Source: Vicugna vicugna
Taxonomy: Eukaryota
Length of the DNA: 64,000 nt
Direction: 5' to 3'
Assembly (NCBI GenBank): GCA_013265495.1
Contig: MU057377.1
Location: 248,001-312,000, forward strand
Below the pieces are notes generated by a model, which searched no databases, was not told where the DNA came from, and saw only the letters and a list, made by a program, of their open reading frames with translations. How positions within the stretch are numbered: position 1 is the first letter of the stretch; each line of letters opens with the position of its first letter. This document shows, piece by piece, positions 24,125 to 36,371 of the stretch. The position numbers were made by a program, and so were the translations under genes.

Positions 24125-25600
24125 TATTCTTTATTCATTCTCTCAGTCAACAGTATAATTTGAGTGTCTTCTGCATGCTAGGTCTGGGTGCTGGGCAACA
24201 CTGGAGAACAAAGCAGGAAAGAATTTCTGACTTTGTGAATTGTTTATTTCTAATGGGGGGGGTGACAATAAATTAATTAAATTATGTACAATGTTCAAAG
24301 ATGACAAGTTCTTTGGAAAAGTAAATAGAACAGGAAGTGGGGACTCCCAGAGTCAGGTGGGGTTGCAGTTTTAAATAGCGTAGTTGGTGTAGATTTCACG
24401 GACAGCGGGGCATTTGGGAACTTCCTGTCGGTCGGCCAGAGATGGAAACAGTGATGTCGTGGTGTCACCTTGGTGAGGAGAGACGGGAAAGGGGAGCTGG
24501 CCCATGGAAGGTAGGGGAGCTGGTCGGCTTACGGATCTGTGTTGAATAGAAGGTCAACGTATGTCCTGGAAGAGTTGATACGACATGTGATAGAAGCAGA
24601 GTCAGGAATGACTGTGTGATTCCTCACCCAAGAAACCGGCAGGATGTGATTCTCGTTTTATTGAAATGGGGGAGATTGTGGGCAGGAGACATTTTGGTGG
24701 GAAGAGTAAGAGACATGTTAGGTTTGAGATGAGGTGCCTGTGAGGCATCCAGGTACGATGTTGAGTAGCCAGATGGGCATATGAGGCAGGGACAAACAGC
24801 AGGTCTGAGATCTCAGTCTGGGAGTCGTCAGCATATAGATGGAAATCAAAGCCGTCAGACTGGACCCAGCGTGAGGACAAAGGAGTGACCGGGAATAGGA
24901 AAGACGAGAGGTCTGGGGACAGGAGATAGCGGGGGCGACAACAGAGGAGGCCGGGAAGGAGCTAGTGACCCAGGAGGCAGGAGAGAATTCAGGGTCGTGA
25001 GTTACCTCTGCGGCCAAGTGGAGAAAGCATATCCCGGGGAGGGCCGGCTCTGAAAGGGCTTGTGACAAGTGGGTTCAAGCAGGGAGCTGGGTTCAGTGAG
25101 GTGTGATCACCCCCGCAGGAGCTCTGGTGCTGAAGGGCGAGGAGGGGACCAGTGCTGACGGCCCTTTGGGATTTTGCGGGGAAGAGCATCCCAGACGTGG
25201 ACAAAGCCACAGAAGGAGCGGGCTCAGGAGGAGACCGGGTGCGTCTGCAGGCTGTAGGGCAGGTCTGCCAGGGAAAGAAAGGTAACTTGAGGAGAAAGGG
25301 GAACAACTGTGAGTGGAGCTGGTCTTTGTCAGGAGCCCGGAGACATCGTGCACACAGGAGTGGGGGCTAGAGGCGTGGAGAGGGAAGGAGGGTATGTGTG
25401 ATGCTTGGAGCTCTCAGACTTCCTCTGTTAATTGCTTCAGGTTTTTTTTCCTTTCCCTGGTGAAATTAGGAAGCAAGGTCATCAGCTGAGAGTGGGGTGG
25501 TGGTTGGCATTTGAGGAGAGAGAAGATATGTGGTCGATGGGAGAGAGTGGACCAGACAGGAAGGGGGATTGCTCGGCACCACGCAAGGTGGACAGAGATT
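24125..25600 (-). mobile_element. Long L2 fragment
   Basis: tttattcattctctcagtcaacagtataatttgagtgtcttctgcatgc start; tttgagatgaggtgcctgtgaggcatccagg...ttgagtagccagatgggcatatga body. Confidence 0.75.
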
Positions 25601-25869
25601 GCGGATGGCAGGTCGGGGTGGGAGCAGCCGTCTCGCTTGGGGCTCCACACCTGGACCTTTGTGGAGGCCTGCTGGGCGTGCGGCTCCTGCCCCGCCGTCT
25701 TATTTGTGCCGGCGGCGGGTCCCTCTCCCAGGATCCTCTTCTCCCCAAAACCATGGGGTTCACTGCCTCCCTGCCTTCAAATCTCGGCTCGCGTCATCTT
25801 CATCGTGATTTCTGCCCTTGACTGCACTGTGGAAAAGTGAACATTCCTTGCCCCACACTCCCCGAGCTC

Positions 25870-26113
25870 TCTTATGCAATTCTAGTTAATTTTCCAACAC
25901 TCATCCCCATAACATACTGCATCCCTTGCTACATTTCTTATTTCATGCTGTCAGCCCCGCCTTGCCCCCTCCCCCACCCCCTGCCAACGTTGAAACGTCA
26001 TGAGGGCTTGAATTTTTGTGTTTCATTCACTTCTGCTTTTCCAGCATCTAGAAAAGTGCCTGGCATATAGTAAGCATTCGATTAAATACTTATTGAATGA
26101 ATGAATGAATGAA
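25870..26113 (+). mobile_element. L2a 3' end
   Basis: ccagcatctagaaaagtgcctggcatatagtaagcattcgattaaatacttattgaatgaatgaatgaatgaat. Confidence 0.85.
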
Positions 26114-29049
26114 TTCTTCGGTGGTCATGACGTTTAGAAGACTCAATTCTGTTGCAAGTGATTTAACGTCTGTTGATGTATCCTGGAAGGACTGTTACTG
26201 TCCCATTAACGCCGTTTTAAGGTATTCGTTCCAATAATAAATTGCACTGAGTCGGTTTTTATACCCTTGAGTGTTGTTCCATTCAGCATGCCGTGGTAAT
26301 CTGACTGAGTGTACTTGCAGTCATATGGCCACCTCGTCCTTGAAATGGAGTAAAAATAACTTTTTGTTCCTTCACGTACTTAATTCTCTTGGTTTGGCTT
26401 TAAACTGACCTGCCTTCTTCCCACTTCTTACAGCAGTCTGTGTTTGTACATAGCTGCTGACCGACTGCCTGGCATTCAGCAGATGTCTGTAAATATGTCA
26501 GTTTAATTTACTGTAACGCTGTAGTATAGTTTCCACTAACCCGTCGGGGCTCACCAAGCTTTTATAAGAAGAAATATTTAAATTAGACTCCTTTTTTTTT
26601 TTTTGCCCAAAACATTATATAGAAAGGAAATTTTAAAGATCCATAAGAAATTACTATACGTTAAGTGTTTTTTTTTTACTGTATTTAAATTTCCTTTAAA
26701 TTTCTAAACATTTCTGATTCGTTAAAAAATGTCTTTCTCTCTAGCTCTCAAGACTTCAGTAGTTACCCTTGTGCCCAGGAAGGGTTTCTAATAGGAGGCA
26801 AATTCTTGAGACCTGGTACTTTTTCCTTCCGGCTGAAGGAGTTTGGGATGTGGCTCTGTCCACCGGGCTGTGTATCTCGGTGACAGGACTGACACTTAGC
26901 ACTGAGAGCAGCACTCTGTCCTCCTCCCCAGCTCCCCAAGAAGTGCTCCCTGACCCCTCTCCCCAGAACAGTCTCCTTATGACCTTTTTAGGACAAGATC
27001 CGTCATTTTTAAAATGATACAAGAATCTTGGAGTTTAATTACTGTCATCCTTAGAATTCTGATGGGTTGATTGCAGGTATATGTTTATAGTCCATATGTC
27101 TGGACACTGAAGTCACTAGAAAACGGATTAATTGCATAACTTGTTTTGGATTTTTGGATCAAATACCAGAAACGCACTGACTGGTGTGGAATGAAAGAAC
27201 TATGAAAACATACACTTTTTCTCTCAGAGGGAAAATACATTCCCTCTGGCCCACTGGCCACCTATTCAAGTTTAAGCTGTGAATCTGATCAGAACATGTT
27301 TTTTCATACTTTTTTGTAAAGAAGGTTGCTGTCAAGTCTGTTCTTTGTATTTTATTGCATTTTAGAAACATTCATTTTAATGTTTACTTGCATTTTAAAA
27401 ATTGAAATGGTGACTATTCATTTCCACTTAAAATATTGCTTACTGAAGTGCCTTTACAACAGGTAATTTCTTGAGATTGGCTCAGTCTCCTGTTAGGGTG
27501 GTTGTTTGAAGATAAAAATGCTTTGGAAAACCGTAGTGATGGCAGGACCAACAAGAGGCAGCGGGAAGCAATTTTGCTGCTTAATGACGTTCATCTCGTG
27601 ACCTGTCTGTCACACCGCTTTCAGGTCATGTTGTAGGAACAAAAGTCAGTTCTTGCAATTGTTGCTGACTTAGAGGGAATAACTATTGATCTTGAGAATT
27701 ATATTTATTCTTCTTTCATAAATTTTATCTGTTTATAGTTTATAATTCAATTATGGAATCTATGCTATGGGATTAAATCTATGAATTTGTTTGAAACTTC
27801 CAGTTATGTTACTTATGTTTTGGTGTGATTATTTAGCATGTTTAGTTCCAGGTTTTAATTTTCACTTTTGGAATACAAAGCAAATATTAAGCTTTATATA
27901 AAAAGCATTATCTTAAAGCATCCTCATAAATTCCTTTAAAAATCAACTTGCAGCCTAATTTTATGTTATATCATAGGACTTTCATTGTTATTACCAGTGT
28001 TATGTGTCATTATCCGCAGAATGAAGCTAATTCTTCCAAAACATGTGTCTCCTAGTTACCTAAAAATATGTGTTGACTCAGTGATGTGGGTTAATCAGCA
28101 CATTATATGGTCATTGCTTTTCCAACAGATAACAACTGTTTAGTTCAAAATTATTCCTATACAGCAGTGATCTTATCTTTTTCACTTGCTGTGAACTGCT
28201 CCAGAGTTATTAGAGTGGTGTGACCGTGAACCAATTCTACTTGGGGAAAAAAAAAAGCTGTCAGTGAATCAAAAATGGAAAAAGGAGTTTAGAGAACGGT
28301 TACCGTCAGCGCCGTTCTCCACTAATACGCCTTCTCGGGTATCCCTGGTGTCTGTGTGGGTATGTGTGTGTATGTAATATATGTGTGTGCACAAAGCCAA
28401 CCTTTTATTTTAAGAACAAACATTTTCATTAAGTATGTATGCTGATAAGTGTCGGTCACTGACAGGACTGTTTGCAGAGTCAGTGATAACACGTGGCATT
28501 TTACCCAGTGATTAATTTCTATTGGCTCAAGTCACTAGTTCAGTAACACAAAGCAGTTACTCCTGCTCAGAACCGCATAATCAGTAAATAGTTTGGCGAT
28601 TTATCTCTTTTTAGACTTGAGCTGTTCCACTCAAACTGGAACGGATGGATTATTTCCAGTAAACACAAAAAATGAAAACCTTTTAAAAAGTCTTGTGGTC
28701 TTAATCTTTTAAGGCAAATTAAGTCCTTTAAAAGGATGTCTTAAGTTTGTTCCATCTGTCAGTAATATATTACTTTAAATTTATCATTTTGCTTCACCTT
28801 ATTTTTTTTAAAAAATCCATCAAATTAGATCACTTTAGTTTGATTTATAATACTGTGTTGAAAATGTGTGCAGGTCAAATTTTGCAAGCATTTTAAATGA
28901 CTTTATTTTCAAATTAACCGTTTACTATGTGTGGCGGAGACACCCAACATTGTTAAGTTACCACCTTTTATCTCAAGGCAGAACGAAGTGAGTAGGTCCG
29001 TAGGTCACACTTGTTTAACGTTGACACCGTGTGAGGCGCGGGACCCGCC

Positions 29050-29420
29050 GCGCCGTCTCGGTGGGCTCCGTCTGTCGGGGAGCACTCCCGCCCAGCCCGG
29101 GGGCGCCGTCTCGGTGGGCTCCGTCTGTCGGGGAGCACTCCCGCCCAGCCCGGGGGCGCCGTCTCGGTGGGCTCCGTCTGTCGGGGAGCACTCCCGCCCA
29201 GCCCGGGGGCGCCGTCTCGGTGGGCTCCGCCTGTCGGGGAGCACTCCCGCCCAGCCCGGGGGCGCCGTCTCGGTGGGCTCCGTCTGTCGGGGAGCACTCC
29301 CGCCCAGCCCGGGGGCGCCGTCTCGGTGGGCTCCGTCTGTCGGGGAGCACTCCCGCCCAGCCCGGGGGCGCCGTCTCGGTGGGCTCCGCCTGTCCGGGAG
29401 CACTCCCGTCCAGCCGGGGG
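29050..29420. repeat. GC-rich minisatellite (VNTR), 7 x 53 bp
   Basis: Unit GCGCCGTCTCGGTGGGCTCCGTCTGTCGGGGAGCACTCCCGCCCAGCCCGGGG starts at 29050, 29103, 29156, 29209, 29262, 29315 and 29368. Copies 4 and 7 carry a T>C variant; copy 7 has a few further changes. Confidence 0.97.
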
Positions 29421-29461
29421 CGGCGGCTTGCGCGCGTGCGGGATGGGGATCGGCGCGCAGG

Positions 29462-29700
29462 GACGGCGGCGCGGCGCACCGGCTGTTCCGCGTTTACTCC
29501 GGGCCGGCGGCGTCGGCCCTTCCTGTTATTTTAATTAACCTCGCAAACCCCACTGGGTGTTCTGTGTTATCATCCCCATTTTACCGAAGGAGAAGCGGAG
29601 CCTCAGAGACGCCGGGTTGGCGGGGAGGTGACGCGGCCTCGCGGCCTGCAGGCCCCGCGCGCTGGGGCCCGTGGGGAGCGGCCTGCGGCGCGCGGGGGCC
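29462..29700 (-). mobile_element. MIR SINE, heavily GC-substituted
   Basis: gcgtttactccgggccgg...ttaattaacctcgcaaacccc...ttatcatccccattttaccgaaggagaagcggagcctcagaga aligns to the recalled MIR core. Confidence 0.7.
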
Positions 29701-31216
29701 CTGGTGTCGGGAGCGCCGCGGGCGGCAGCAGAAAGCCGCCGCCGCTCCCCTCTGGGCTGTGCCTGTTTAAACCCGTTTTACCGTATTTTCAGGCAAAACC
29801 ATCTTACGGTAATAAGGTAGTTAAAACACTCTAAACAGGACTCTGCTGGCTCATTTGTCGCGCGTCCTTCCTTCTGGTCCGTAGGAGACGCGGTCTCGGA
29901 GCCTTGCAGCTGCTCGCAAGCTGCGGACGGAGTCTGCGGCCCGACCACGCCGCGCGGTCAGCTTCGTCCTTTCACCCTTTAAATAGAAAACTAGGGCAGG
30001 CTGTGAGAAGTTTTTAAAAGACAAGTGACGTTGTTTTAATTTAACTAAACTTTACATTCTTAGGCTGAGAAAATTGTGGCCAGGACTGATTAATTCCAGG
30101 ATAAAAGTAAGCATTTTAGGTTAATCCCCAAAACTCCAAGTACTCGTCAAGCATCGTTTGAATCTTTCTTATGTTATCCTTTGTCTCTTGTGCGAGAGAG
30201 CCTGAATGACACTTTACCATCATAGTGAGTGGAGAAAGCTCATTACACTTTTAAGATTTTTCATAATCCAAGAGATAGATACAAGTATCAGACGCCACAG
30301 ATTAACAACGTAACACTAACCAAGTGCTGGTAACACGTACGCATGTGAAGCCCGTCAGTGATGTGTGCCTGAGGTGGGCAGCAGACTAAACACCCAAAGA
30401 TATTTTTTAAAACCCCATACGTTGTGTATGTAGGAAGCGGGGCAGACGGGATGGAGGTGCTCCCCAGGTACTGCGTTTTGAAAAGGATCTCCAGGTGCTT
30501 TTGCTAGTCTGTTTCCCACCCCAGTCTCTTTAAGAGTGCTGAAAAATGCTGTTTAAAATGACCTTGTGCTAAAGGTCGAGTCAGTACATGTTTACCTGGA
30601 CTGCGTTCACGTTCACGGCTGTATCTCTGACCACGCGGTCGATGCGTATGCCTGGAGTAGTGAGAGTTGTGTGTATTTTATCGTTAAATACTTAGAATCC
30701 TCTAGTGTGCGTCAGGACGTGGCGGTATTGCTGAGGAGTGTCACTTTCCTGAGCGGAGTTAACCGCAGTCTCGGAGCTAGTCCGCCTGGTGCTTCTTAGA
30801 CGCGTGCTGTTTCGGGGCCTGTGTTAATGTGATGCGATGCTCACAGCAGCGCCACGAGGTCTGGACGGGGAGGACGCGGCCTGCCGGGTCACTGCCCGCG
30901 TGGAGCCCGGCCTCGCGCAGGCCCTCAGCAGAGGCTGGGCCCGGAGCAGCCCGTGCAGGCCTGTGATCTTGACTGCTCCACTGTGTCATTTCTTGTTAAT
31001 GAAGGTGGCCTGTGCTATGCATTTGTCATTTAACTAATTAGCTGCTATTTACGGAGCACCTGCTATTTCAATGGTTAGAGAATGTTACGTGTTATGTGTG
31101 TGTACGTACATGTGTGTAATTTATAAGTATCTGCTATTAATATTTTTCATGTAAGTAAACAGTTAATCTTATGAAGTAAATGAAAATTAACATATTTGAC
31201 ACTTTTTAAATTTCAG

Positions 31217-31307
31217 TTTATTGACGGTCGACTGGCAAAGCTAAACGCAGGGCGGGGCTTCTCTGACGTATTTGAAGAAGAGATCACTTCCGGTGGCTTC
31301 TGTGGAG
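31217..31307 (+). CDS. DENND1B: DENND1B coding exon: FIDGRLAKLNAGRGFSDVFEEEITSGGFCG(G); includes the FxDxF motif
   Basis: Acceptor tttcAG|TTT, donor GAG|GTaaat; 91 nt, phase 0-1. Confidence 0.96.
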
Positions 31308-33444
31308 GTAAATGCTAGTTCCAGTGTGATCATCACTGAGTAACAGTTATCTTGGTTTTTGCACTTGTGTCTGATATAATTACTTCATAAACAACTTATT
31401 TTCTCCTAACCATCTAATGTCTGAGATACAGCTTTTCACCTTGTAAGAGCTGTGGTCATAACTTGCTTTGCCTTGTATCTGCTACTCCAGGCGTTAAGAT
31501 GGTCTTGTGAGTTAGTCATTGTTTGCATGGATAATCTCTTAATATTAGTGTAAATGAATATCACAGGAATGCCGTCAGTTGATGTCTTCCAGCCTCTGCT
31601 CCTGACTGGTTTCTTCTGCTAGGAAGCTACTAGTGACGTCTGTTACTGAGCAGGAATTAGAGAACCGAGGTCCGAGTTGAGGTGGTAGATTGTAGCATAG
31701 TCCCGAAAGACGGGTTCCAACCGCACTGCCACAGCTGCATTTTTAAGTGAGTGGGTCGTTGTAGAAGTCTGTCCTTTTTTTCCGCGCTTTACAGCTCGCT
31801 GCAGCCTTAGGGAAAAGAACTTTCAGTTCACTGACCCGTGTGCTTGTATTTGTCATGGTGGAAAGCAAGCACTCACTGGAAGCCATGGAAGGAGGAGTGT
31901 AATTTTGTGTGTGTGACACATCAGTTTGGCGAAATCCCATTTTTATTGAATGTACTTAACTGTCATATAATCAATCAGTTACATTGTTTGAAATGTAAAT
32001 AATTCGAACAGTGTTGCAGTATCTAGGCAGTCCGTGACTCACAGATGGACCGGTGCTTTGTCCACGGTGTTCCAGTCAGAGTCCCTCCTCTGGCAGAGAA
32101 TTTTGCTTGAGACCTTGAGTGTCCTTCTCACTCTCTCGGCCAGTGTTTGCTGAGTGTTTCCTCTGCACCAGGCGCTGCTCTAGATCGGGAGTGAAGTAAA
32201 TAAATAAAAACCGCTGGTGTGTTCATTTTCACCTGGGGCAACAGCAGCTTTTCCCACTTGTAGGTCTGACTGGGGGAAAGGCCTTTGGTCTGTGTGTGAG
32301 CACATAGTGCTAGGACCGAGGAGTGCGAAAAGACCGGCGGTAGTAAGCACTCGTTTGCAAATGTCCCCCAGTTTACTTTCATCTGTAAGTGAGATCTCTT
32401 TTTGCACCACAGAAACATAAAAACCACTGAGAGGATTCCCTCATTCAGAGCAGCACGGGTCTGACGTGAGTCTGTATCTCACCGAAAGCTTTTAGCTTTG
32501 GGAGGAGCTCAGTTTGCTTGCCTCAGCGAGTGAGCTGAACGTGGAGTCACTCAGCGCCTTGCTTTCCTCAGCTCATGGGTTAAAATTTAGCTTCCATGAA
32601 CTTTTGTGTTAAAATAAGGCTTTTCTGCTTTCCAGCTCAGACAAGCAGAATATTGCCAGCTCTTGGACAAACTGCCTGAGGCACCCACTCAGTGTTTACA
32701 TAGCTGCTGCTCATTGTCTTTATGACCCATGGGACTGGTGTCTTGTGTGGAATTGAGGATGGCATCGCGTGACAGTCACGGGGGAGAACCCTCCCTCCTT
32801 CTGTAGTTCGTCCTGCGGTCTCAGCCGTGGGTCCACAGTAGAGGTCGCGGCTTTCCTGGTGGGCAGAGGATCACCACACTTTCCATGGAAGGTCTTAATG
32901 TTTAGAAAAGAAGAGAAGAATGCTTATGTGTTATTATCTGACTTAGAGACTGCTGCATTTTCAGTGCAACCTAATGCCAACCACTTTGTTGCTCTTTCTT
33001 AAAACGAAAAAAGCTTTGACCTCTCATTTGAATTTGGGGCGGCCAGGACCGATCCCGAAGGAAGGCGGCAGTTTTATAAGTGTTCATCTCAGTAGGTGCA
33101 GCAGCGCCTTAGAAGTTATGCCTGGCTGTCAAGTGTTTTTTTTTAATTATTATATTTTAGGTTACTATCTTACACATGCATAGAGATTCTTCTTAGAAGA
33201 AAATAAAGCAAAATTCATGAGGATTTGACAGAAAAGGATGAATAATAAAAATTAGCGATGATCTTACTAACGAGGAGGTGTGTATGTATGTGTATGGTTC
33301 CAAGAAGAGTTCCTGGAGGCCGGCTCCAGACGCGTGGCGTCTGGAATACGTTTGAGAGGAAGAAGTTCCGTGATCCCAATCTGTTCTTCAGCGATGTCAG
33401 CTTGGATAACTTTCCTGTTTGCTCTCAGTTGCAGTAAAAATTAT

Positions 33445-33665
33445 GATGATAATTGTTCGTACTCACTGAGCATTAGTATGTGGTAGGAGCTCTTACAAGA
33501 CCTCTCCGAGTATTAGCCGACTTCCGGGGCTCAGGGTACCCTCACTTTTATGACCGCGCTCCCCTGGGTGACTTGCTCCAGGTCACAGCAGTTAGTGGCA
33601 GAGTCTGAACTCGGCATGTGACCACCTGGCTTCAGGGCTCCTGCTTTAATGACGATGAAATACTG
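33445..33665 (-). mobile_element. MIR SINE
   Basis: gtgacttgctccaggtcacagcagttagtggcagagtctgaactcgg...ggcttcagggctcctgctttaa. Confidence 0.75.
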
Positions 33666-35320
33666 CCTTGCTCCGATAAGAGAGCCTCTCAGCTGGGAGA
33701 CCCGCAGTAAACAAGAGCAGAACTCAAGCCTCTCTGTGCTGATTGGATACAAGCAAAATTCCTGTCTCTTTTGAGTAGCTGCTGGAGATTTTTTTAGGCA
33801 TGAAACCCTTAGAAAGATCGCTGTAGGAGAATCAACATTCGCCGAAGCCGAAGAAAACATTACCTTCCTTTAAGCAGAAATAATCAGGGAATTTTAGACA
33901 AGCATTGAATTTGCCCCCTTTCTGTGCCTTTGCACTGGCAGCTTATGTACTGCTTTTGCTGTGGATACACATGGTTATGATCAGATGCATGTGAGTTTGG
34001 TGTCGCTCCACAGTTGTTGTGGCCCTGACTTCACACGTTCAGTGTGCAGGGCGGTCTCATTGACTCCAGAGCTGTGGTGAACGGCTGTGAGTGCGTGCAG
34101 ATTTCCCAGAGCTGTTCTCGGTCCTGCGAGTCCCCATGTCCAGAACTGGTAAAGAAATCCGTGTGACTCCTGATTGCTTTCGTGGGACCCTTGTCGGACA
34201 CTCAGCCTCAACCTGAGAGGAGGGTCTTGACTTTAGAATATTAGTGGCATTTTTTCTGGCCTCACTGAACAATTTAGACCAATGTGCAGTTTTTGATAAG
34301 CAACTTCAGATTACTGGAATTCAAACAGATACATTTGAAGAGAAAATCTTTGCAGACGTGAGAAAGATATTTTCTTTGAATGTGAGAAAACCACCTGTTT
34401 GATTAATAAGAACAATGTTAAGAATTTTCTCAATAATGCCAATTATTTCCCTAGTCCAGTTACTTTAAAAGAAAGACTGAGGGACGTTTTTGGCATTCAG
34501 ATTTATTTTTGAGAAGAAAAAGAGCATTAAAAAAAAAACACTTATTATCAAAGAATAATGTGCTTGTCTCATAAATTCTGTAGAAGTAGGAACCTTCAAT
34601 CTTAAAACCACTAAAATTTAAAGAGACAGCCTTAAAAAAAATTTTTTTAACAGGAATCTACCTAAATTGCCCCACATGTTTCCCTGTAATCTTAAACACT
34701 TTATTTGGGGCCCTCCTGTTGGCCCCTGTGCCACGTGGCTCCACGTCACTCCCGGTGAGCCTCCCTGTTGGCCGTCTGTCCCCCGGGTACCAGCTCTGAG
34801 CCACCCCCTTCCTTGCTGATGTGACTGCTTTCCAGGTGACACAGAGGAGGTCTCTCTTTCTATCTGACCCAGGTTTTACCATGTTTTACTTCACAGTCTT
34901 AAGCGTTGAAGCACTAATGAACCAAGAATTAAATTTTTCAAATGGACCCAGTTGTATAAAAGGGCCAAACTTTTACAAAACAACAGAGGCATGAATATTG
35001 AACAGTAAGTTTGAGACGTAAGAAATTTTGGATTTCAAGAGAGAGACCATATTATTCCCTCTGAAAATAATATTAAACCAAAGAAAATAGGATACTTTAA
35101 TGAGTTATCTTCATATGTGAGTGAAGGAAGGAGTATCTATTCTTAAAAACGCTAGTTACGATGTTCCTAAGAATTAGAGCGATTTATTAGTTCTTAGAAT
35201 GAATTGCTTCTGTTAAGTCATTGCAGATAAATAAAGTTTGGCTACCGAAATCCTGGAATTTTGGTTTGTGGATTTAGTTTTGATCAAATATTCCCAACGT
35301 CTTGTGTTTGTGCATTCCAG

Positions 35321-35361
35321 GCAGCTCGAGGTCCTACCAGCAGTGGGTACATACGGTCAAG
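35321..35361 (+). CDS. DENND1B: DENND1B coding exon: (G)SSRSYQQWVHTVK
   Basis: Acceptor cattccAG|GC, donor AAG|GTaata; 41 nt, phase 1-0. Confidence 0.93.
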
Positions 35362-36091
35362 GTAATAACAAGCCTTCGGGTCTTTCTTCCTTTCACTCTA
35401 ATTTATATGCGAAAATGTTCAGTTCAAGAGACTGTTTATATTTATGCTAATAGTTATTGGCAGTGTTTGAAATGCTTCTATATTGTCTCACGTTTGAAGT
35501 ATTTTTGTTTTATGCTTATGGTTGTTGCTGTTCATAAAGAAAAGTTTAAAACGGAGTCCTTTGTCTTCCCAATTTCGAGATAAATGGCTTGATTTGAAAA
35601 GCAAGACTTCACTGTCACTTTGTGGGATGTTCCCGAGCAGGGAGTCAGGGCGCCTGGCAGGTCTTGGTGGGAGATTTTATCATTTCTGGTGGTGTGCTTT
35701 TGTTAATATGATGTTTTTAAATATAAAACTCTCTTTGACAGATTGAGATTTTATTGCCCAACATTCAATAGTTGATAAACAGTTGATTGTATTTCTTTTT
35801 TATTAGGCTTTAACTGTATACTGGTCCTATTGTCCACGTCTGCCTAGACTGTAAAGATGAAAGGATTTTTAAAGGGTGTGTTCCACCAACTGAAAGAACA
35901 GAGTAGAGTGTCTACGTTTTGTGTGAAATTACTGTGCTGTACATAAAAGCTTGAAAGCACTAAACATGAAATAACTCTTGTAGGTCTCTAACTTGTGAAT
36001 AAAGCTCTGTTTCTATACTATTAATAATGCTTTGTTTTCGGAACAGTCTGGCCGGAAATGTTTAGAAATAACGTTTGTTTTACCTTTGCAG

Positions 36092-36160
36092 AAAGGAGGT
36101 GCACTGTTCAACACAGCAGTGACCAAAGCAACTCCCGCTGTACGAACCGTGTATAAATTT
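36092..36160 (+). CDS. DENND1B: DENND1B coding exon: KGGALFNTAVTKATPAVRTVYKF
   Basis: Acceptor ctttgcAG|AAA, donor TTT|GTaagt; 69 nt, phase 0-0. Confidence 0.95.
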
Positions 36161-36371
36161 GTAAGTTTTCTTTTGATATTAAAAAAATCCTTTGATAAAA
36201 CTTTATAACATTTCCCTAGATGATAGACATGTAAGTCTAGAATATTTTCTGTTTTCCTTTAAATAAGCTTTAAAAGAAATTAGAGTTAATATTGACCAAA
36301 GCAAATTCAGCTATTAAAATTGTATCATTGCATAGACAGGATATGTCCTTTAATCTAAGAATGATTCTTCA

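Larger units (their letters stand above)
29030..29960. promoter_or_regulatory. Intronic CpG island (VNTR plus GC-shifted MIR)
   Basis: About 0.9 kb of very high GC and CpG density with sharp transitions to AT-rich intron; function not shown. Confidence 0.7.

Noticed and set aside
29050..29420. Regular repeat with an internal palindrome, superficially CRISPR-like
   Set aside because: The units are head-to-tail with no unique spacers, there are no cas genes, and the context is a mammalian intron. It is a minisatellite.
28931..29770. 279-aa ORF and overlapping ORFs on both strands
   Set aside because: These arise from a stop-poor GC-rich 53-bp VNTR and CpG island. The peptides are repetitive, the main ORF has a non-ATG start, and no family resemblance is visible.
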